32,000 nt of DNA from Corynebacterium glutamicum ATCC 13032 (GTDB lineage Bacteria > Actinomycetota > Actinomycetes > Mycobacteriales > Mycobacteriaceae). Under the pieces are notes generated by a model, which did not search any database, had not been told where the DNA came from, and was given only the letters and a program-made list of their open reading frames with translations. This document shows, in pieces, positions 25,328 to 32,000 of this stretch (position 1 is the first letter of the stretch; each line of letters begins with the position of its first letter). Location: positions 210,001 through 242,000 of the forward strand of contig NC_003450.3 of assembly GCF_000011325.1 (NCBI RefSeq). Reading direction: 5' to 3'. The position numbers were made by a program, and so were the translations under genes.

Positions 25328-26212
25328 TCAGCTTTCGGTTTCAGTGAGTAGGCGCGCGAGTTTCTCTATATCTTCGGATAAATTTGTTCCAGGTGACCAC
25401 ACTGCTTCGTAGAAGATTTCCACGTCGAGGCCTTGTTCGCGGAGTGGTCAATGGGGTGCTGTAGGGGAGCTGAGTTTAGAAAGTGGAAGCATTGCAGATC
25501 CGAGTCCAAGTGTGGCCCACTGTTCGAGTACTTGGTAGCTGGCTGCTTCGCCGGAATAGGCGTTTAATGCCAGGTCATTTGTTTCAAACAGTTGATTGGT
25601 GAAAGTGGTTAAACCGCATGTGTCGGGTACCAGAATGAACGGTTCGTGCTGAGTCTCGCGAAGTTCTATGGGGTCGGTGCTGTCCTGGGTGGATTCGACG
25701 ATAACGACTGGTTCGGAGTCAATGATGCGGTGTTCAAAATGGGGTAGTGGTTTCACTGCGGGAATGAGAATTACATTAAGTTCACCTGCAAGAAGTCCTT
25801 CATGTAGTTCTTTCATGTTTGCTTCGCGGAGTACTAGGTCGTGTGCTGTGGGAAGCTCACGAACCGCGGTATATGTTCGTGCAACCAGTTGAGGGTTGAT
25901 AAGTGGGGAGATTCCAACTCGAATGCTGCGTGCTTCTGAGTTAATCAAACGGTGCGCTTCCGCGGTGATTGCGTCGATTTCAGTCAGCGCGCGTTGGATC
26001 AGGGGGAGGATGTGGAGGCCAAAGGACGTCGGGGTGACGCCTTGAGTAGATCGATCGAAGAGTTGTTCACCGAGCCGATCTTCCAGTTTGGCGATGCCGT
26101 TGGATAGCGCAGGTTGGGTGACTCCGTATTCGCGGGCTGCTGCGCTGAATGAGTGAGTTTCTGCGACGGCCTGCGCATAGCGGAGCCCTTCAAGGCTGAG
26201 CCGTTTGGTCAT
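25328..26212 (-). pseudogene. LysR-type transcriptional regulator interrupted by an in-frame TGA (25450-25448)
   Basis: The N-terminal HTH is LRYAQAVAETHSFSAAAREYGVTQPALSNGIAKLEDRLGEQLFDR. The track ORF stops after 254 aa. Reading on in the same frame gives PLREQGLDVEIFYEAVWSPGTNLSEDIEKLARLLTETES and then a TGA at 25330-25328. That restores a normal LTTR length of about 295 aa and a typical C-terminus. Confidence 0.7.
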
Positions 26213-26225
26213 AACTATATGTTAT
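26211..26225. promoter_or_regulatory. Candidate LTTR box (T-N11-A dyad) in the LysR/adh divergent region
   Basis: In ATAACTATATGTTAT the arms ATAAC and GTTAT are inverted repeats that fit T-N11-A. It overlaps the LysR start codon and lies about 100 bp upstream of the adh start. Confidence 0.4.
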
Positions 26226-26325
26226 CCCCCTTATTCAGAGTGATGGTCTACCGGAGAAGTACCCAGACCAATAGCATCGACCAACGATAGCGCGCTCAGA
26301 AGTTCTTTAGTGAAAGCAGAACCAA

Positions 26326-27345
26326 ATGCCCAAATACATTGCCATGCAGGTATCCGAATCCGGTGCACCGTTAGCCGCGAATCTCGTGCAACCTGCTCCG
26401 TTGAAATCGAGGGAAGTCCGCGTGGAAATCGCTGCTAGTGGTGTGTGCCATGCAGATATTGGCACGGCAGCAGCATCGGGGAAGCACACTGTTTTTCCTG
26501 TTACCCCTGGTCATGAGATTGCAGGAACCATCGCGGAAATTGGTGAAAACGTATCTCGGTGGACGGTTGGTGATCGCGTTGCAATCGGTTGGTTTGGTGG
26601 CAATTGCGGTGACTGCGCTTTTTGTCGTGCAGGTGATCCTGTGCATTGCAGAGAGCGGAAGATTCCTGGCGTTTCTTATGCGGGTGGTTGGGCACAGAAT
26701 ATTGTTGTTCCAGCGGAGGCTCTTGCTGCGATTCCAGATGGCATGGACTTTTACGAGGCCGCCCCGATGGGCTGCGCAGGTGTGACAACATTCAATGCGT
26801 TGCGAAACCTGAAGCTGGATCCCGGTGCGGCTGTCGCGGTCTTTGGAATCGGCGGTTTAGTGCGCCTAGCTATTCAGTTTGCTGCGAAAATGGGTTATCG
26901 AACCATCACCATCGCCCGCGGTTTAGAGCGTGAGGAGCTAGCTAGGCAACTTGGCGCCAACCACTACATCGATAGCAATGATCTGCACCCTGGCCAGGCG
27001 TTATTTGAACTTGGCGGGGCTGACTTGATCTTGTCTACTGCGTCCACCACGGAGCCTCTTTCGGAGTTGTCTACCGGTCTTTCTATTGGCGGGCAGCTAA
27101 CCATTATCGGAGTTGATGGGGGAGATATCACCGTTTCGGCAGCCCAATTGATGATGAACCGTCAGATCATCACAGGTCACCTCACTGGAAGTGCGAATGA
27201 CACGGAACAGACTATGAAATTTGCTCATCTCCATGGCGTGAAACCGCTTATTGAACGGATGCCTCTCGATCAAGCCAACGAGGCTATTGCACGTATTTCA
27301 GCTGGTAAACCACGTTTCCGTATTGTCTTGGAGCCGAATTCATAA
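26326..27345 (+). CDS. Zinc-dependent alcohol dehydrogenase (MDR family)
   Basis: GVCHADIG....G......P.TPGHEIAGTIAEIG provides the catalytic Zn ligands, GNCGDCAFCRAGDPVHC is the structural Zn Cys cluster, and VAVFGIGGL is the Rossmann motif. Confidence 0.85.
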   Translation: MPKYIAMQVSESGAPLAANLVQPAPLKSREVRVEIAASGVCHADIGTAAASGKHTVFPVTPGHEIAGTIAEIGENVSRWTVGDRVAIGWFGGNCGDCAFCRAGDPVHCRERKIPGVSYAGGWAQNIVVPAEALAAIPDGMDFYEAAPMGCAGVTTFNALRNLKLDPGAAVAVFGIGGLVRLAIQFAAKMGYRTITIARGLEREELARQLGANHYIDSNDLHPGQALFELGGADLILSTASTTEPLSELSTGLSIGGQLTIIGVDGGDITVSAAQLMMNRQIITGHLTGSANDTEQTMKFAHLHGVKPLIERMPLDQANEAIARISAGKPRFRIVLEPNS

Positions 27346-28148
27346 TGCCAACAGCAAGCCCAATTTATGATGTCGTTGTCGTCGGAGCCGGCATTTCTGG
27401 CCTCATCGCCACGCAACTGTTGGACCGCGCAGGTCTAAACATCAAATGCTTCGAAGCCTGCTCAAGAGTTGGCGGCCGAGCAGTGTCTGTCCAACAGTCC
27501 GATTTGTTCCTGGACCTCGGCGCAACATGGTTCTGGCTCAACGAACCACTTGTGCAGCAACTCGTCAATAATCTCGGCCTCGGCACATTCCCTCAGGCCA
27601 TCGAGGGTGATGCGCTTTTTGAGACGCTTGTCGACGCCCCGAGCCGCCTGCGGGGTAACCCCATAGACGCTGCTTCAGGCAGGTTCCAAGCAGGGGCCTC
27701 CTCGCTTGCGCTCGGGCTTGCAGCCCAGCTCAAGCCAGGAGTTTTAGAACTCGGGGACCCCGTCCATTCTCTCAGTGAGGAAGATGGGGAAATCGTTGTG
27801 AAGTCTTCCAAACAGATTGTGAGGGCAAAGCACGTCATCATTGCGGTTCCACCGGCACTCGCTGCCGAGTTGATTGGTTTCACCCTAGATTTACCAGCTG
27901 ACGTGCGAAAAGCAGCGCATCCACAACATATAGCTGTGATGAATTGGGCAAAGGAGAAATACACCTTACCCACACAAGCCGCATCGGCTGGGGGTTTTGG
28001 GCATGAGCTGTTCCAACAACCACTCGGACATGGGCGAATTCATTGGGCATCAACGGAAGTTGCCACTGAGTTTGGTGGACACCTTGAAGGCGCAGTTCGT
28101 GCAGGAATTCAGGCTGCGCTTCAAACAGGATTTAATCTAAAATCTTAA
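27345..28148 (+). CDS. Flavin-containing amine oxidase, abnormally short (267 aa; probably has an internal deletion)
   Basis: The N-terminal FAD motif is YDVVVVGAGISGLIATQLL...FEACSRVGGR, and the C-terminal motif is IHWASTEVATEFGGHLEGAVRAGIQAA. The substrate-domain stretch that normally separates ...VPPALAAEL..F...LP from the C-terminal FAD segment is largely absent. The start overlaps the adh stop (TAATG). Confidence 0.65.
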   Translation: MPTASPIYDVVVVGAGISGLIATQLLDRAGLNIKCFEACSRVGGRAVSVQQSDLFLDLGATWFWLNEPLVQQLVNNLGLGTFPQAIEGDALFETLVDAPSRLRGNPIDAASGRFQAGASSLALGLAAQLKPGVLELGDPVHSLSEEDGEIVVKSSKQIVRAKHVIIAVPPALAAELIGFTLDLPADVRKAAHPQHIAVMNWAKEKYTLPTQAASAGGFGHELFQQPLGHGRIHWASTEVATEFGGHLEGAVRAGIQAALQTGFNLKS

Positions 28149-28217
28149 ACCTCGTATTTTCCCTGATAGGCTCAGATGCGCCTGAAATCGGGCTTGTTGA
28201 GGGGAGAGGTGTGTGAC

Positions 28218-29528
28218 ATGAAAGAGTTGGAACTGGGCGAGGCGAGGGACGTCGCTGCAACGTTGGAAGCGATGCCGATCCAGGAGGTTATTGATCAGGT
28301 TGAGCGAACTTCTATAACTAAAGGTGCGGTACTGCTGCGTCTGCTCAGTAAAGATCGATCGTTGTTGGTCTTCGATGCTCTTGGTCCGCGACTCCAGGCT
28401 GATCTCATTGGTGCTTTTCAGGATGCGGAAGTGCTGGATTATTTCGCTGACCTTGACCCTGATGACCGCGTTTCACTGCTTGATGAGCTGCCGGCGTCGA
28501 TCGCTGACGAGTTGCTTCGCAGTCTCGATCCGCAGGAAAAGCAGGTCACGGAGCTGGTCTTGGGTTACGCAAAGGGGTCGGTTGGACGTTGGATGTCGCC
28601 CCAGGTTTTATTGCTTTTCGACGACATGTCCGTCGCCGAAGTCTTAGATTTTGTGCGCAATCATGCTGCTGAGGCTGAGACGATTTATGCCTTACCTATT
28701 GTGAACCGTGCTCGCCAAGTGATGGGCGTGGTGTCGTTGCGAAAGCTGTTCATCGCAGATCCCACTCTAAAAGTCTCGGAAATCATGGTGCGTCCTGTTT
28801 CGGTGTTGGCGTCCGCGGATATTGAAGAAACCGCCCGCTGGTTCCTACAGTTGGACCTCGTTGCGATGCCCGTTGTGGATGAATCGAACATGCTCTTAGG
28901 AGTGCTGACCTTCGATGATGCGCAAGACATCGTGGAGCAAGCCGACTCTGAGGACTCCGCTCGCAGTGGTGGTTCGGAACCTCTCCAGCAGCCGTATCTA
29001 TCCACGCCGATTCGGAAACTGGTGAAGTCCCGCATCGTATGGCTTCTGGTTTTGGCAGTGTCAGCAATTTTGACGGTTCAAGTTCTTGATATTTTCGAAG
29101 CCACCTTGGTTGAAGCCGTGGTACTGGCATTGTTCATTCCTTTGCTCACTGGTACTGGCGGAAACACCGGAAACCAAGCTGCAACAACCGTGACCCGTGC
29201 GCTCGCATTGGGTGACGTCCGAAAATCAGATGTCTTCCGCGTCTTGGGCAGAGAAATCCGAGTCGGCCTCATGCTCGGGGCATTGTTGGGTGCCGTTGGA
29301 TTTGTGATCGCATCGCTTGTTTACGGCATGCCCGTAGGCACTGTCATCGGTCTGACATTGTTGGCGGTGTGCACGATGGCCGCATCAGTTGGCGGAGTAA
29401 TGCCAATTATTGCCAAGGCGATCGGAGCGGACCCAGCGGTGTTCTCTAATCCTTTTATTTCAACCTTCTGTGATGCAACAGGTTTGATCATCTACTTTGC
29501 AATTGCCAAGTTGGTGCTCGGAATCTAA
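28218..29528 (+). CDS. mgtE: Magnesium transporter MgtE
   Basis: The MgtE N-domain (LDPDDRVSLLDELP), a CBS pair and the TM domain (PLLTGTGGNTGNQAATTV, FISTFCDATGL) are all present. I prefer the ATG at 28218, preceded by GGGGAGAGG, over the track start at 28176. Confidence 0.9.
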   Translation: MKELELGEARDVAATLEAMPIQEVIDQVERTSITKGAVLLRLLSKDRSLLVFDALGPRLQADLIGAFQDAEVLDYFADLDPDDRVSLLDELPASIADELLRSLDPQEKQVTELVLGYAKGSVGRWMSPQVLLLFDDMSVAEVLDFVRNHAAEAETIYALPIVNRARQVMGVVSLRKLFIADPTLKVSEIMVRPVSVLASADIEETARWFLQLDLVAMPVVDESNMLLGVLTFDDAQDIVEQADSEDSARSGGSEPLQQPYLSTPIRKLVKSRIVWLLVLAVSAILTVQVLDIFEATLVEAVVLALFIPLLTGTGGNTGNQAATTVTRALALGDVRKSDVFRVLGREIRVGLMLGALLGAVGFVIASLVYGMPVGTVIGLTLLAVCTMAASVGGVMPIIAKAIGADPAVFSNPFISTFCDATGLIIYFAIAKLVLGI

Positions 29529-29934
29529 AAGATTTTTGCTTTTCGACGTCCACTCCCAGTCCTTAACCGTATTGGCAAGCCTGCCAGCTTCGGCATTTCT
29601 ATGAAGTTTCTCTGTCGCGGTTAATCATCAAATTTGGAGCAAAGTTCAAAAAATTTTACTTCGCGTAACCATTGCACATTGGGGTGGGGCGGGTGTAATG
29701 CAAGACTTAGTAATATTTACCTACCGCCAAGAAACTAGTGGTCAGGCCAATCCTTTAAAAAGGTGTGATGATTGACGGGGGAGGGGCTGAACGTGATCTT
29801 TCTACCAATTCGCACTGCGAACGTTAATATTCCCTCGTTGGCTTACATGGTCATTGATGACCGGGCTGAATATGTGAGAAAATCCATCCCTTCTTTAAGC
29901 AAGGGAGTGAATTACAGAAAAGGATTGTTCAGCA

Positions 29935-31518
29935 ATGAGCACACCTGACATTAAAGAAGGCTCGGCAGAATCACCGGGCGAAGTAATGGTCGTTGGAGAC
30001 AGGCGAGAGTGGCGTCGACAAGCAACCGGCATCATTGCCGGCCTCGTCTTAGCCGCCCTGGTCTATCTTCTCTTCCCCTCGAACTCCGTGGAAACCGTCA
30101 TGCAATCCAGTGGCGTCGATCCAGAAACTGAATACACCAACAACGCGATGCGTCTTACTGCTGCAGTCACAATCTTGATGGCAGTGTGGTGGATGACAGA
30201 AGCAATCCCACTAGCAGCAACCGCACTTATCCCGTTGGTTGCATTCCCTGCTTTCCAGGTTGTGGACTTTGGGAAGGCAGCAGCTCCGTATGCCAACCCT
30301 ACGATCTTCCTCTTCTTGGGCGGCTTTCTTATGGCACTTGGCCTGCAGAAATGGAACCTACACCGACGTATGGCTCTAGCGGTCGTGCTAGCTGTTGGTA
30401 CTAAGCCAAAGCAATTGGTCTTGGGTTTTATGGTGGCAACTGGATTTTTGTCCATGTGGGTGTCTAACACTGCAACGGCCGTGGTTATGTTACCGATCGG
30501 TATGTCGGTACTGGCACTGACCGCTGAGACTGTGGGCGGAATGAAAAACCAAAAGAAATTCGCCACTGGACTCATGCTGTCCATTGCTTATTCTGCTTCC
30601 ATCGGTTCACTCGGCACCTTAATTGGCACGCCACCCAATGCCTTGCTTGCTGCGTATATGTCTGAATCGCATGATATCCACATCGGATTTGGTCAGTGGA
30701 TGATTCTTGGTGTACCAATTGCTGTCGTCTTCACCATCATCGCGTGGCTTGTGTTGACCACCGTGTTCAAGCCAGAAATGAAAGAAATCCCTGGCGGACG
30801 TGAACTGATCAAACGTGAAATCGCTGAAATGGGGCCGTGGACTGCACCTCAGGTCACAGTGGGTGTTATTTTTGCGGCAGCTGCACTGGCTTGGGTCTTC
30901 ATTCCATTAACTCTAGATTGGACCGGTTCCCAGCTCTCTATCAATGACTCCCTCATTGGCATCGCTGCCGGCCTGCTGATGTTTATCGTTCCCGCTAACT
31001 TTAAAACCGGCGAACGCATTCTTGATTGGCGTACTGCAGGCGAACTTCCATGGGATGTTCTCTTGCTTTTTGGTGGCGGGCTTTCACTTTCTGCGATGTT
31101 TACCAGCACGGGACTTTCCCTATGGATCGGTGAACTAGCTAAGGGACTTGATGCCCTTCCAATCTTCATTCTCATCTTCGCCATTGCTGTCCTGGTGTTG
31201 TTCCTGACCGAGTTCACCTCCAACACCGCAACAGCGGCAACCTTCCTGCCAATCATGGGTGGCGTCGCCGTAGGTATCGGACTGACCGCAGGTGGCGAGC
31301 AGAATGTTCTGCTGCTGACCATCCCAGTCGCACTGTCCGCAACCTGTGCGTTCATGCTTCCAGTGGCAACGCCTCCAAACGCGATTGCATTCGGCTCCGG
31401 CTACATTAAGATCGGCGAAATGGTCAAGGGTGGTCTGTGGCTGAACATCATCGCAGTCATCCTCATTACGATTTTCACCTACTTCGTAGCGATCCCACTC
31501 TTTGGCATCATGCTTTAA
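29935..31518 (+). CDS. dccT: DASS (SLC13) family di/tricarboxylate:cation symporter, DccT-like
   Basis: 527 aa and polytopic, with the two re-entrant SNT/SNTA motifs (WVSNTATAVVMLPI; TEFTSNTATAATFLPI) and PPNA motifs (GTPPNAL; ATPPNAIAF). Its position and size match my recollection of C. glutamicum dccT. Confidence 0.8.
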   Translation: MSTPDIKEGSAESPGEVMVVGDRREWRRQATGIIAGLVLAALVYLLFPSNSVETVMQSSGVDPETEYTNNAMRLTAAVTILMAVWWMTEAIPLAATALIPLVAFPAFQVVDFGKAAAPYANPTIFLFLGGFLMALGLQKWNLHRRMALAVVLAVGTKPKQLVLGFMVATGFLSMWVSNTATAVVMLPIGMSVLALTAETVGGMKNQKKFATGLMLSIAYSASIGSLGTLIGTPPNALLAAYMSESHDIHIGFGQWMILGVPIAVVFTIIAWLVLTTVFKPEMKEIPGGRELIKREIAEMGPWTAPQVTVGVIFAAAALAWVFIPLTLDWTGSQLSINDSLIGIAAGLLMFIVPANFKTGERILDWRTAGELPWDVLLLFGGGLSLSAMFTSTGLSLWIGELAKGLDALPIFILIFAIAVLVLFLTEFTSNTATAATFLPIMGGVAVGIGLTAGGEQNVLLLTIPVALSATCAFMLPVATPPNAIAFGSGYIKIGEMVKGGLWLNIIAVILITIFTYFVAIPLFGIML

Positions 31519-31529
31519 AAGTTAACAGG

Positions 31530-31575
31530 CCCGCAGTCAACGTAAATGGCGTTGAACTGCGGGTTTGTTGTTCTT
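31530..31575 (+). terminator. Terminator after the dccT-like gene
   Basis: CCCGCAGTCAACG (31530-31542) pairs with CGTTGAACTGCGGG (31550-31563) with a one-base bulge. It is followed by TTTGTTGTTCTTT. Confidence 0.65.
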
Positions 31576-31636
31576 TCTGAAGCTGTGTAAAGTAATCGTC
31601 GTTGCAGAGAACGCCACACGGTAAACAATCTGCACT

Positions 31637-31709
31637 GCGCCCGTAGCTCAACGGATAGAGCATCTGACTACGGATCAGAAGGTTGGGGGTTCGAATCCCT
31701 CCGGGCGCA
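31637..31709 (+). tRNA. tRNA-Arg (anticodon ACG), copy 2
   Basis: Base-for-base identical to 23527-23599 by direct comparison of the two blocks. Confidence 0.92.
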
Positions 31710-31715
31710 CAGTTT

Positions 31716-31753
31716 AAAACCCCAGGTTGATTAAAAAGTCAGCCTGGGGTTTT
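31716..31753 (+). terminator. Rho-independent terminator after tRNA-Arg copy 2
   Basis: AAAACCCCAGGTTGAT-taaaaa-GTCAGCCTGGGGTTTT. The outer stem AAAACCCCAGG/CCTGGGGTTTT is the same as in the copy-1 terminator, while the inner stem and loop differ. Confidence 0.75.
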
Positions 31754-31782
31754 CGCGTGCGCCGGTGTGTACTTTGTGCACG

Positions 31783-31839
31783 TTCGACACCAAGATTTTG
31801 GCAAAATGGTGGCCAAAATTAAGAAATCTTGGTGTCGAA
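31783..31839. repeat. Compound inverted repeat (16-bp perfect outer arms plus 8-bp inner arms)
   Basis: TTCGACACCAAGATTT (31783-31798) pairs with AAATCTTGGTGTCGAA (31824-31839). The inner pair is ATTTTGGC (31795-31802) with GCCAAAAT (31812-31819). It lies 41 bp beyond the stop of the convergent gene at the right edge. Confidence 0.6.
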
Positions 31840-31879
31840 TTCACATTAGGAATCGCCTGAGAATCATCAGCCGATAAAA

Positions 31880-32000
31880 CTAGAACACTTCGATCCGTGC
31901 GCCGAGGGTTTCAGCGTGGATGAGCTGCTTCTCCCAGTTTGGTGTGCCCGGGTGGAGACGGAGCACTGGCCTGGATGAGGTGATGGTAGGGCTAACGGAT
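31880..32000 (-). CDS. 3' end of an unidentified minus-strand gene entering from the right edge
   Basis: My own translation of the minus strand is open across the whole stretch and ends ...RPVLRLHPGTPNWEKQLIHAETLGARIEVF-TAG, with the stop at 31882-31880. It is not in the ORF track because the start lies outside the window. No product is assigned. Confidence 0.4.
   Translation of the reverse strand, partial: SVSPTITSSRPVLRLHPGTPNWEKQLIHAETLGARIEVF

Noticed and set aside
25448-25450. The in-frame TGA in the LysR gene read as selenocysteine or programmed readthrough
   Set aside because: LTTRs are not selenoproteins, I see no SECIS-like hairpin immediately downstream, and the position lies in an ordinary linker before the C-terminal helix. 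A nonsense mutation is far more likely.
30063-31355. Minus-strand ORFs 30063-30584 and 30849-31355 inside the DASS transporter gene
   Set aside because: They are antisense shadows of a 527-aa polytopic transporter with the paired SNT and PPNA motifs.
23527-31709. A classical integrase-mediated genomic island at tRNA-Arg
   Set aside because: There is no integrase, recombinase or excisionase ORF. Both tRNA copies are full-length rather than one full copy plus a 3' fragment. Most enclosed genes have host-like composition. I kept only the weaker observation that direct repeats bracket an accessory segment.

Overview
The window looks like core chromosome of a Corynebacterium, most likely C. glutamicum or a close relative. 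I base that on gene content, on gene order shared with the M. tuberculosis Rv3772-Rv3790 region, and on a moderately high GC content.

Gene layout, left to right:
- 1-11.7 kb: an arabinogalactan/cell-wall locus. It holds dprE1 (running off the left edge), a GtrA-family gene, glfT1, a Wzm/Wzt-type ABC-2 exporter, a class-V aminotransferase-like gene and a quinone oxidoreductase.
- 11.7-15.2 kb: tRNA-Ser(UGA), a 2Fe-2S ferredoxin-like gene, an alanine/glycine:cation symporter and a DUF559/AbiEi-like gene.
- 15.2-21.8 kb: a tightly overlapping molybdate/molybdopterin operon on the minus strand (modA-modB-moeA-moaC-moaB-moaE-moeB), with a divergent moaD and an ABC ATPase nearby.
- 21.8-23.6 kb: a holin-family membrane gene, a Pat/HisC-type aminotransferase, tRNA-Ser(GCU) and tRNA-Arg(ACG).
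- 23.6-31.7 kb: an accessory-looking segment closed by a second, identical tRNA-Arg(ACG). It contains a DUF3800 gene, a 98-aa gene, a LysR regulator interrupted by a stop codon, a Zn-alcohol dehydrogenase, an abnormally short amine oxidase, mgtE and a DASS dicarboxylate transporter (dccT-like).

I found no CRISPR array, IS element, integrase or recognisable defence system.

Features that ordinary annotation does not explain:
1. Two long intergenic arrays (about 6730-7132 and 13775-14306) of one family of degenerate, same-orientation tandem repeats. The period is 60-85 bp and each unit can form a hairpin.
2. Two identical full-length tRNA-Arg genes, with matching terminator stems, bracket about 8 kb that contains two decayed genes and an AT-rich DUF3800 islet.
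3. A DUF559 gene has strikingly G-rich, C-poor codon usage.
4. The modA/moaD divergent region carries a 31-bp direct repeat plus a 10-bp perfect inverted repeat.
5. Four uncharacterised genes sit between dprE1 and gtrA.

All functional calls come from reading the translations against remembered family signatures. No database search was run.
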